A stretch of 64,000 nt of DNA from Felis catus (Eukaryota). Position 1 is the first letter of the stretch. The number at the start of each line of letters is the position of its first letter. The notes below the pieces were generated by a model. That model was not told the origin of the DNA, did not search any database, and saw only the letters and a program-made list of their open reading frames with translations. This document shows positions 52,678-64,000 of the stretch, piece after piece. Location: contig NC_058368.1 of the NCBI RefSeq assembly GCF_018350175.1, positions 222,396,001 to 222,460,000 of the forward strand, in the 5' to 3' direction. Both the position numbers and the translations under genes were made by a program.

Positions 52678-54442
52678 TACACTTTTGATAACACTGTTGT
52701 TATTGTTCAAAAATAATTTTGAGATTTCCCATGGAAATTGTCTCAGTCAGTACTATGTTCTCAGCAGTGTTCTCTGTGCTAGATAAGTCTTTGTGTTTTC
52801 AGGGTAGAATTGATGTACGTTAATGTAATTGATGTACTCAGTTATATAATCAAAACTGAGTGTAGTAACTTGCACTGCTTAAGATTCTTCTTTAAGAAAG
52901 TTCTGAAAATATTTTAAAAGATAATCAGGAAATTTCATGCTTACTGAGAGTTTCCAATGCATTGAGCACTCTTGCTTTATGGTCGATATCTCAGTTAATA
53001 ACAACCCTGTGCTTTAAAATTTACTATTGCCATTTAAAAAATTTTACAAGAAATTGAGAAGTTAGATAATATGGTCAAAAGTAAACGGACCTGTAAATTC
53101 ATTAAAGCAGTATTTGTTAAGTACCTACTCTATGCCAGGTAATCTTTTAGGGAACAAAACAGTGAATAATAGGAACAAAAAATGAGATACAAAAACAAAT
53201 ATGGTATGTATATTATTGTCTAAATTACAAATAATGATTTAAACTACACTGTGGTTCACACGAAAAGTTTTATTACAAAGACAAAGCTATTCTGAAATAT
53301 CCTTAGATGGAATTTCAGACACAAGTATTTTCCTTGGGAATAAAACAACTATCTTTTATTTAGATGTGAGCTTTTTAAATGAAGCAAAACCATTTCATGT
53401 TCTACAGTAGATAACCTAAGAATTCGGAGGAAAAGAACTCCAAGACTTATTTAAATCCCCTGGGGTCTTATCAAGACTGTTATTTAATACTAAACTTTCA
53501 AGGCTCCGACACAAACAATGTAGTATGATCACATGGGAATTTGAACAGGATTTTTCCTGAGTATCAATATTGAAATAAAATCCCTGTTGTCATTCTAGGT
53601 CTACTCTAAAGTAATCTGAAATGATTTTTGAAAAATGTGACTTTTAAAAATTATTTCTGAAAGAACAACACATGTATTAGAGCACCAATGATTGGATAGA
53701 TAATACAACATTTTAAAATTAAATATTATCGTATTTTAATCAGTTTCCTAAACACATTGTCAAAAGACTTGCAATTAAGAATAACAATTATAAGTTGCAT
53801 TCTACAGAAAGATAATTTATATGGTTTATAGTTATTAAAATGAAGATGCTTATTTAGTAGAATATAAGTGTTAGGACAATGATTTTAAGAGGACCCCTTC
53901 TTACTGCTATAAGGATATGATATAATTCAATGCCATCTTCCAACTACACCAAACTATTAAGGCATAAATTAACAACATAAGGCTCAATCAATCTTGGAAG
54001 GGCTCTGTCTGAATGCCAGGACTTTACTATTGCAGGATTTTTAAGGGGGTTAGTCTCATAAAGATTTTTAAAAGTAAATAGATTTATCTTTGCAAAAGAT
54101 ATGTCTGTTAGCCTTGTATGGGATGGACTGGAAGGGAGAAAGAGGAAAACCATGTGAACCAGTTGGCATGGAAACAAAATTATGTAGATATGAGGTAGGA
54201 AAGAAAGGCAAAAGGAAAAATGAATAACTGAGCCATATCAGAGGTACAATTGAATGCTATTGTTTAATATTCATCAAATAGAAAATTAATAGTACACGCA
54301 ATCGCTATTAAGATAATTATAAGGCAATCACCGAAGACTGGGAGAGAAAATATTGGTTAGGTAAGACAAAAAATAAGAAAACATGAATTCTAGAACATTT
54401 CAAGGAAATGACTTATAGATTTTGATGAAAAGGAGGATATGA

Positions 54443-54917
54443 GGGGACCTTGGTGGCTCAGTTGGTTAAGCTTCTGACTTTGGCTCAGGCCATGATCTCA
54501 TGGCTCAGTTAGTGGGTCTAGCCCGCCTCGGACTCTGTGTTGAAGCCAGGAGCCTGGAGCCTGCTTCCGACTCTGTGTCTCCCTCTCTCTCTGCCCCTCC
54601 CCTGTTCACATCTCTGCCCCTCCCCTGTTCACACTCTGTCTCTCTCTCTCAAAAATAAATAAACATCACGGCCACTGGGTGACTCTGTCTGTTGAGCGTC
54701 TGACTTTGGCTCAGGTCATGATCTCACGATCTGTGAGTTTGAGCCCTGCGACGGGCTCTGTGCTGACAGCTCAGAGCCTCGACCCTGCTTTGGATTCTGT
54801 GTCTCCCTCTCTCTCTCTGCCCCTCCCTTGCTCATGCTCTGTCTCTCTCTCTCTGTGTCAAAAATAAACATTTAAAAAAGTTTTTAAATTAAAAAAATAA
54901 ACATTAAAATTAAATAA

Positions 54918-54960
<43 letters not shown>
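54443..54960 (+). mobile_element. Can-SINE with a second Can-SINE (54669-54894) nested in its tail
   Basis: Outer TSD 54427-54442 / 54961-54976; aaataaacat on both sides of the inner copy. Confidence 0.9.
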
Positions 54961-55379
54961 GAAAATGAGGATACGAAAGACTTATTGTAGTGGCCTTTGA
55001 AAATCAAATTGAAAACATGAGTAAGAATTTATGCTCAAAATGAGAGTGAAATTTGTTTTTTTGTGTGTGTGAGAAAATATTTCTCAACTTGAGATTTTGC
55101 CCCAAGATCATCAAATTAATGTATCATTGCGATTTAGAAGAGACTTCAAGGAAATAGCATTCAGATGATCTTTCAGTTTTCAGTAGTCTTCTGTATCTAC
55201 CATCTTCCCCAACTCTTAGTATTTCTCTAGATTGACATAAGTGCATAAATAGAGCAGTGTGTTCTGGGCTATGTAATAAAGTAGGCCTCAAATATATGCA
55301 CATTAACATATGCATATGTATATAATAATGGCATGTTGCCAGAATATATAAACAGTATTTATAAATAAACAAAAAATAA

Positions 55380-56445
55380 GGCACTCTAAAACAATTAGCA
55401 AAGATTCAGATAAGCTCTTCCCAAAAGATAATATTCAAATGACATAAAACATAATGAAACAAGTACTTTATTTCATTAGTCATCAGGTAGTAAATGCAAA
55501 TTAAAACAGGAAGGATGAGTGAAAATACTTGACAATTCCACGTATCACAAGGACATGAAGCCATTGGAATTTACATATACTGTTGCTGTAAATTGATCAA
55601 AATCCCTTTACAAAGGTGATTGGTACTGTTTATTACAGCTACCCTACTCATGAATTTGACCAATTAATTTCATCTCTGTTTATATTCCCACCTTATATGT
55701 CTAGCCAAATACAGTAACAAGTCCATTTTCTTTTTTCTTTAAGTTTTATTTATTTATTTTTGAGAGACAGAGTCAAAGAGAGTGCTAACAGGGGGAAGGG
55801 GAGAGAGAGAGAGGAGAGAGAGAATCCCAAGCAGGCTTTCTGCTGTCAGGGTGGAGCTCCATGCCACGCAGGGCTGAATCTCACAAACCATGATATCATG
55901 ACCTGAGTTGAAATCAAGAGTCAGATGGTTAACCAACTGAGCCACGCAAGTGCCCTAAGAAGTCTGTTTTAGTAATAGGCATTATTTGTAACAGTTTACC
56001 ACTGGAAAATAGCCAAAAGTCCATCTGCAGAACTGATTAATGAATTGTGATACATCATGCAATGGAATCCTGTTCAGTAATGAGAATAAACAAACTACAA
56101 TCTAATGTAGTAGTATAGGTGAATGCCAAATGCAAAATATTAAAAACAATAAACTAGAAAGAAATAGTATATATTGGATGATTCCTTTTATGCTAAGTGC
56201 AAAAAGAGGCAAAAGCAATATATTATTTTAGATGCCAAGATTGTTACTAATTTTGGGTGAGGGTTAGTTGTAATTGCCAACAAAAAAGAGGATCTGAAGA
56301 AGGCTTTGGGGGCATCTGGTAATTTTCTGTTTCTTCCTATAGGTGCTGGTGACACAAAGTGTGTTTACTTCATGTAAATGCATCACCACTGCAATTATGA
56401 TTGTGTACTGTTCTGGATTTAAGTTATAAATTTAATAAAAATTTT
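55380..56445 (+). mobile_element. Old L1ME-like 3' region
   Basis: ttcattagtcatcagg..aaatgcaaattaaaac; ggtaattttctgtttcttcctataggtgctggtgacac. Confidence 0.65.
55726..55955 (-). mobile_element. Can-SINE (older)
   Basis: SINE body, degenerate TSD. Confidence 0.9.
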
Positions 56446-57694
56446 AGCATAAAAAGGTTACATAATAAATACCCTGAGAAGCTATAAAAAATATAGTCAT
56501 AAGTCTAGAATTGCTAAGGATGGATTGAAAATATGCATGTTTCGTCAAAACCCATGATTAACTTGCTATTACCTTTGCATACATAAAACTATACTATAAT
56601 TATTAGTTCTTCTTAAAAGAATACTTACAAATTACTATTATTTGGAATAAGCCCATAGGTAAAAAGATTGCCATTTTCATTACTACAGGTAGTATGACTA
56701 CCCTGGAAGGTGTTTTGTTTTTTTTTTCCCAAAATTATTATTAATATTCAAAGTCTGCTTTTCCTGTTGAGTCAAGCATTTTGCTTCTGCGAAGTCAAAA
56801 AGGACACTCTCTTCATTCGTGCCCTAGCAATCTCTCTTTCTTAAAACCTGAGTTATTTCTGCTATTCAGTTTGAATGCAAGATTTAATGATCTACACACT
56901 CTAACCATCTAATTTAATTTTAAACAGTTTTTGTAGGACTTGAAAAAAACTTGGCTAAAGGCCTCTTATAAAGACGTGTAATAACCTCATTCTGTCATAA
57001 GACAAATATCAGTGTACCAACAGATTGCCCCTGACCCCGTGCAATATCTGAGATTAATCAGAAACTTTAGAGGAAAAATGTGTGAAGTCATACAAGTGCC
57101 TCTCTGTGATAGGAAACATGGAGAAAGCCTCAAAAGGAGAATGTCCCCAGACTATAAACAATTCAGTCTGTTCTCTCTCTCTCTTTTTTTCCTCTATATT
57201 GCAGCTCTTTGGACATAATTACAACCTGATTGACTTAATCAAGAATAGTCATGTACATAAACAAAGTGGACTTCTAATCTTTCCGAGGACTTCTGATTTT
57301 TCTAGCATGAAACTGAGTCAAATATCCATATTTTTAAATGGCCATAAGAAGTAGTATAAGAACAAAAAGCGGCTAAATGTCTCATTAGTAAGTGTAAAAA
57401 CCAAGCAGATTTTACATGCTAACATCTTAGATCTTTCTAAAATTATGTTTTTAAAATCGGGGAGTAAAATGTCTTTTTTGTGTGTATAAAACAGAAAAAG
57501 CAGCAAAGAAACATTTATGTTCAAAATAAGAACAAGCCTTATCATCGACAAAATGGTAAGATCAGGAGGATATCTGGTGAAAAAAAATTCCAATGGATGG
57601 TGTGCCTTTCTGAGAAAAGATGGTATACATATAGGGCTTCATCTAAATTACAACAATGGGGCGCTTGTCTATACAGATAATATGCGCATGCATT

Positions 57695-58030
57695 CGTGTG
57701 ATTGGCTTAACGCCAGAATAGACACTATTGGAAAAAGAATTAGTAAGCTTGAAGGTCTGAAAATATAAATTATCCTAACTGAAGCGTGAAAATGAGTGAG
57801 AAAAATGACATCAATCACATGAAACCCACAGGATAACCCAAAACATTCAAATATACAAGTGTTAGACACCTGGGAGGAGACAAAGAAAAAGAAAACAGGT
57901 GACATCAAATATTTGAAGAGATTAGGGTTGAGAATTTTACAAATGTTTGGAAATCTACCAAAAACTCCACAGATCTAAGAAGTTCAGACAACTTGACATG
58001 TGATAAATACAAATAAGAACAGAGCTAGAT
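57695..58030 (+). mobile_element. Old L1 ORF1 fragment
   Basis: WLNARIDTIGKRISKLE; aaatatttgaagagattagggttgagaatttt; cacagatctaagaagttcagac. Confidence 0.65.
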
Positions 58031-59529
58031 ACAATCAAATTAATCACAACTAACTAATTCATTTCTTTAAAAACTGCAGTTCCAAAAATGCTTAAGATTT
58101 TCTAATTTGAAATAGATAGTAAGAGCAAAAGAGAGAATAAGTAGATTACTAAATACAAAAAATCATATTTTTATGCAAATGTATCCTTGCATTTTCCAAA
58201 ATAAAAATGAAAAACAACAGTCTGGGGAGTAGTGTAAGAGCTCCAGTAAAGAGACTGTCGAGTGAGATTGTGCCAGTTGAAATTTGTGCTAGGGCGTCAA
58301 AGCCCCTGGAGATTTATGGATGAGGTCACAGCATCCAGAGTGTAGCAAAAAAAAAAAAAAAAAAAAAAAAATAGTTGAAAGAAGTAAATTGTCTTGGAAG
58401 TTTCGAGAAGGAACGAGTTTGAAAAAAAGAACAGATTTATGAAACAGGATCTGACAAACACTTTTTAGTGATAATCAACAAAGAAATGGTGGGTATTTTA
58501 AGAGCCTTTGGAGGAAGCTCAGAAGATTTGTGCTAACTGCTTGTCATCCATAGAAAAGAATAGGTAAATGTTATTATAAAAATTATGAAAAAATAAATTC
58601 TAAGTCACTATTAATTTCACAATTGTTTCTGGTGGTACAAGTCACTAGTTTCTAAACTCCATCAAAAGGGGGGAATTATCTTTAGAATACAGGAGATTAA
58701 AAAAAATACAGGACTTAAAGAATACAGGAGATTTTTGACAAAGAGGAGGTGGGTGTTGAAGATACTAGCGAAGTGTGTATGTCAGTGAAGCCTGTGTTCC
58801 AGCTCTTTAGGAGAAGAAGACAGACTGGAAAATGTCACACCAAACCTTTTTCTAAAGCAAAGAGTTTCTGTTCTCTTGAGAATGTTAATGAGGTAGTCTG
58901 TCTGTTGCCCCACTAAAATATCTGGCACATATCACTAAAATACAGGATAGACAATTAGAAGAGGAATTTCCATAAATTTTGTTTTCCATAGGTATTTATA
59001 GTTGTCCGTTTCCCTGTAAACACTGCTTGAGCTGTACCCTACAAATTTTGAGTAAGCCGTGTCAGAGACTTCATCCGAAAATACCATGGATCTCAAAGAA
59101 GTCCTCCCTTTCCCTGACAGCTGCTCTCCCCTTCCTCCAGTTGCTGTATGAAATGCTCACACTGGAAGAAGAAAATTTGCACAATCATTGAGAGACTCCA
59201 AAAGGACTGAACATTTTAGAGAACTTTCTTAGAATTAGTTTTAATAGAGTAAGTGGAAAATTTGCAGAGAAATAAGAGCACAGCCAGATATATAATTCAT
59301 TACAACTAGATATACGGTTGTAAGTGAACATGAAGACCAATATGGAGTAAGAAAAATCAAATTCACTGTACTTTTGGCCCAAGTTCTATTTTACTATGTA
59401 TGATGAGAAGATTTCTAAAAATAAGCACAAGTTAGTAAAGTAAAATATGACTGGAAGTTTGTCCCTGGAATTCAACACACTTTTTCCAAAACACTGCTCA
59501 AATAGCAAAATAGGCTTATTTCCAATTGT

Positions 59530-59850
59530 TATATCCTCTTAATGGATTGTTTCCCTTTATCTATTATGCAATGTCCATTTTTGTCTCTTATTACAGTCTT
59601 TGTTTTAAATCCTATTTTGTCTAATATAAGTTTACTCCAGTTATCTTTTGGTTTCCAGTTGCATTGAAAGCCTCTTTTCTTTCTTTTATTTATTTATTTA
59701 TTTATTTTTTACTTTCATTCTGTGTTCTTACATCTGAAGTGAAATTCACTTGTAGGCAGGGTCTTATTTTTTTATTCATTCAGAAACTTTACATCCTTTG
59801 ATTGGAAAATTTAGTCCATTTACATTTAAAGTACTTGTAAGAGCAGTATT
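59530..59850 (-). mobile_element. Old L1 ORF2 N-terminal fragment
   Basis: Similar to 3700-4010 of the young L1 in this window. Confidence 0.7.
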
Positions 59851-60724
59851 GCTTTTTATTGCTAAAAATTATGACTTATGGTGAAATTTAATTGTAATAC
59901 AGTTTTATACAAAAAATAATATCAAAGAAGAGGAACACAATATTTCATAATACATTCAGCATGATTAGTGTTAATCATTAATTACATAAATTAATATTAA
60001 TACTTATTGTCTAACTTTGTTTTCTGAAATTATATCTTGATAGACTTAACATATCCTCTCAGGGATAATTTTTAAGTCAGAGGCAGTTCCTTAAATAGTA
60101 TTTGCTAGTAAATGTTGATATGAAACTTATGGAGGGCAATTTAAATATAAAAAATGTGCATATCTTCAAAGTTAAATAATTTTAGTTATATAAATCTGTG
60201 TCCTATAAAAATATATATGCATAAGTTACTCTAAAATATTCAAAGAATTGCAAAATGAAATCTTATAGTCAATTTGTGCTTTCATTTTCGATTTTTGCCA
60301 GTTCCTTTCTTGCTTTATTATGTATAAATGTTGATGCCTATTGTTTACAAGCTCCATTTTCAATAATTGCTATTTTCTAATATTTTAAAATATGAAAGTT
60401 TTTAGCGCTCCTTTTATTATTTGTTTTAATATTGTCAGTTCAATTTGAATATAATGCAAAAAAAAATTAAGACCAACACAGAAAAAGGGAAAAAAAAAAC
60501 AGGAATATAAATCCACAAATAGGTCAAGGGGCGAGAATAATATTGGAAAAAAAACAAACAAACTACAGAGTTGGAACACCCATAGTTCCATAAGTCAAAT
60601 AAAAAATAGGATCATTGGAGTTGATTTTCAAGTATGTAGGCAAATACAAGCACCCAGAGCAGGGGTAATAAAAAGTGCACTTGAAGTTATAATGCTTGTA
60701 TGTAAATATGTACTACAATATTTT

Positions 60725-60900
60725 GGTAAGAACACGGCCCCTGAGTTACACTGCTGGAGTTCAAATCCCAAATTGTCATTTAATAGATGCATGAAATTTA
60801 TTAAGTAAATTAATTGTTGTGCACATTTTCCGACTCTCAAAAGGGGATGATAACAGTACCTATCTCAAACCACTGCTAAAAATTAACTAAGAGGATATAA
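60725..60900 (+). mobile_element. MIR relic
   Basis: gagttcaaatcccaa; aaaggggatgataacagtacctatctc. Confidence 0.6.
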
Positions 60901-60936
60901 ACTGAGTTAGAGTTTTCACTTTAAGTATGCCTAACC

Positions 60937-61569
60937 ATGTTGTTGCAAATGGAGGATTTCATTATTTTTCATTGCCGGGTAGTATTCCATTGTATATACA
61001 TATATACCACATCTTCTTAATCCATTTATCAGTTGATGGACATGTGGGCACTCTCCATAAATTGACTATTGTTGATAGTGCTACTATAAAACATTGCAGT
61101 GGATGTTCCCCTTCAAATCGGCACTCCTGTATCCTTTGGATAAACTCTTAGTAGTACAATTGCTGGGTTGTAGGGTGGTTGTATTTGTAACTTTTTGAAG
61201 AACCTCCACCCTGTTTCCCAGAGTGGCTGCACCAGTTTGCATTGCCACCCTATATGCAAGAGGGTTTCCCTTTCTCTGCATCCTTGTGAACATCTGGAAT
61301 TTGAGAAACTTAACAGATGATTGTAGGGGAAGGAAAGGAAACATAAGATAAAAACAGAGGTGGAGGCAAATCACAAGAGACTCTTAAGTACAGAGAACAA
61401 ACTGAGGGTTGATGGGGGCGGGGGTAGGGGGATGAGGAAAATGGATTATGGGCATTAAGGAGGGCACTTGTTGGGATGAGCACTGGATGTTGTATATAAG
61501 TGATGACTCACTGGATTCTACTCCTGAAGCCAAGATTACTTGAGAATAAACAAATAAGAAGGAGAAAAA
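60937..61569 (+). mobile_element. Short 5'-inverted (twin-primed) carnivore L1
   Basis: Antisense 60937-61294, sense 3' end 61295-61569; TSD taagt(at)gcctaacc 60922-60936 / 61570-61582. Confidence 0.87.
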
Positions 61570-61715
61570 TAAGTGCCTAACCTGACTGTGTTCCATTTTT
61601 GTTCTCTAATGTCAAGATATACTCAAATATTAACTTGGCAACGGTATCTAAGACATTATCATTTAAATATAAATTTTAGCTTATTCAAATGTCAAAAAAT
61701 AATTAAGAGCACAGG

Positions 61716-61845
61716 TATATCAGTTTGCTATGATTGCCATAAAAATACCATTGCCTGGATGGCCTAAACAACAGAAATTAATTTCCTACAAACTGGGAGC
61801 TGGAAGTTCAAGATCAGGGTGCAAGCAGGGATAGTTTCTCCTGAA
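61716..61845 (-). mobile_element. MaLR LTR fragment
   Basis: ggcctaaacaacagaaatt; ctggaagttcaagatcagggtg. Confidence 0.7.
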
Positions 61846-61895
61846 TGCACAACTGTGATAGCAAAGCCAGACAATGGTATTACCAAACAAATAAA

Positions 61896-61914
61896 AAGAA
61901 AGAAAAAGAAAGAG

Positions 61915-61969
<55 letters not shown>

Positions 61970-61978
61970 GAAAGAAAG
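61896..61978. repeat. (GAAA)n microsatellite
   Basis: Direct reading. Confidence 0.95.
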
Positions 61979-62595
61979 GAAATTCCAGAACACTGTGTCT
62001 TATGAAGATAGATGCAAAAGCTATGAAACTTTAGTAAATCAAATTTATTATTCTAGAAAAAGGAAAATAGCATTATCATGTGAGAGTCATATCAAAAAAT
62101 CTAAGAATAGTTTATCATTTAAAGAGTATTATGTTTTATAATATGAATAGTTTAAGAGAGAATATCACTTGATTATTTCAATGGAAGCAGAGAAAGCTAT
62201 GACAAGGTTAAAATACCCATTTTTTTTATTAAATATCTCAGCAAATTACGAATAGAAAGAAGTTTCTTTAACTTGGTAAGGGACATCCATGAAAAGCCCA
62301 CAGCTAATATTTTAGTGTTATGTTGGGAAATTAAATTAAATCCATAGATCAATTTCAGGAGAATTGCTGTCTTAATAATACTAACTTTTCAGTCCGTATG
62401 CCTGGTATATTTCTATAGTTATTTAAATCTTCTTCAATTTATATCATCAAAGATTTATAGCTTAGAGTTTATAAAATTATGCACTTGTTTTTTAAATTTA
62501 TACTTTAGCATTTGAAAGTTTTGATTCTATTTTAAATAGTATTTTTAAATGTCAGCTTCAATGTTTGGTTAACATACAAAAATTTAATTTAATAT

Positions 62596-62805
62596 ATTTT
62601 TTAATGTTCATTTCTTTTTGACAGATAGAGGTTGGGGGGACAAGCGGGGGAGGAGACGAGATAGAGGGAGAGACAGAATCTGATGCAGGCTCCAGGCTTT
62701 GAGGTGTCAGCCCAAAGCCCAACAAGGGGCTCGAACTTGTGACATATGAGATCATGACCTGAGCCGAAGTCAGATGCTTAACTGACCAAGCACCCAGGTG
62801 CCCCC
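62596..62805 (-). mobile_element. Can-SINE
   Basis: TSD aatttaatat 62586-62595 / 62806-62815. Confidence 0.92.
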
Positions 62806-62974
62806 AATTTAATATTAACTTTGCATTCTGAAAATGTTACTAAATTCAAATATTGTGGCATATACTTTTCTTGTAAATTTCTTCAGTTTTCCATGAATAC
62901 AATGACATCTCAGAATTCAGAGTTTTATTTCTCCCTTTTTAATCATTATGTCTTTTATTTCTTTTTCCTATCTT

Positions 62975-63197
62975 TTTTTTTTAATTTTTTTTAACGTTTA
63001 TTTATTTTTGAGACAGAGAGAGACAGAGCATGAATGGGGGAGGGTCAGAGAGAGAGAGAGAGACACAGAATCTGAAACAGGCTCCAGGCTCCGAGCTGTC
63101 AGCACAGAGCCCGACGCGGGGCTCGAACCCACGGACCGCGAGATCATGACCTGAGCCGAAGTCGGCCGCTTAACTGACTGAGCCACCCAGGTGCCCC
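62975..63197 (-). mobile_element. Can-SINE (fairly young)
   Basis: Perfect TSD tctttttcctatctt 62960-62974 / 63198-63212. Confidence 0.96.
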
Positions 63198-63653
63198 TCT
63201 TTTTCCTATCTTATTGAATTAATGCATGTAACATGAAATTTAAAAAACGTGATGGGAATGAGCAGGAAACACCAAGAGGATAATTTCTGGGATAGTGAGG
63301 TATTTTGGCTTGATATACATTCATGAAGACTGATTGCATCGTATTTAACATCCGAGTGTTTCATTTTATATAAAGTATTTCTTAAGGTATATTTTTTAAA
63401 GTCTGCAATATGAAAAAAAATTAGTGAATAGGACAAATAAATTAAATTATTGAGACTTTATTGCATTTTCATTGTTTTAATTTGCTACTATTTGCATATG
63501 TAGTGACTAAAGAACAGAAAGAACACTATTCTAAGAAACATTAGGAAAACAAAATGTATGGACATAAATATTAATCATTCAACAAAACATTCTGATGCTG
63601 AAAAATAATATTTCCTATTTTTTTGTTTTATTGTGTTTTCTGTTTTGATTTTA

Positions 63654-63688
<35 letters not shown>

Positions 63689-63926
63689 TAGATGATAATG
63701 ACATTAATTGTGTGATGTTATAATATTATGATATTATAGCCAGACAGATATTATTTGGTTTTATTTAATTCAGCTCTATAAAATTCTTAATTCTAGAATA
63801 GTTTATAGTTGTTATTAATTGCTCTGAGTATCAGACAAATTCAGTAGAATCCTTTGCCCAACTACTATGGGAAAAGCTTGCCAATTAATTTGACACTGGC
63901 TTCAAGAGTTAAAAAAAAAAGACAAT

Positions 63927-64000
63927 GGGGCGCCTGGGTGGCGCAGTCGGTTAAGCGTCCGACTTCAGCCAGGTCACGATCTCGCGGTCCGTGAGTTCGA
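63927..64000 (+). mobile_element. Young SINEC_Fc-type Can-SINE, cut by the window end
   Basis: ggggcgcctgggtggcgcagtcggttaagcgtccgacttcagccaggtcacgatctcgcgg. Confidence 0.95.

Larger units (their letters stand above)
61846..63225. mobile_element. Old L1 RT-region relic in two convergent pieces
   Basis: Plus 61846-62315 (KPD...LMKIDAK...EKPTANI); minus 63225-62320 (IR.EKEIK... to the LIYRFN-like motif). Confidence 0.72.

Overview
AT-rich, repeat-dense mammalian genomic DNA. The roughly 30 tRNA-derived Can-SINEs, including several near-identical young SINEC_Fc-type copies, point to a felid (cat-like) genome. I recognise no host protein-coding exon, RNA gene or prokaryotic feature, so this looks intergenic or deep-intronic. 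The only real coding sequence is a young LINE-1 on the minus strand (2450-5900). It has a complete 5'UTR, an intact ORF1, and an ORF2 with an intact endonuclease domain followed by a +1 frameshift. Unusually, it is 3'-truncated yet flanked by a target-site duplication (TSD), which suggests insertion by internal priming at an A7 run inside ORF2. The rest is older L1 fragments (two with twin-priming inversions, one with a probable later inversion), ERVL/MaLR LTRs, L2, MIR, MER DNA transposon relics and microsatellites. Other oddities are a CpG-enriched patch at ~33.7-35.1 kb, a double E-box hairpin, and several small direct/inverted templated insertions. Old-repeat family names and boundaries come from recalled consensus motifs and are approximate. 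I found no convincing wholly new biological system.
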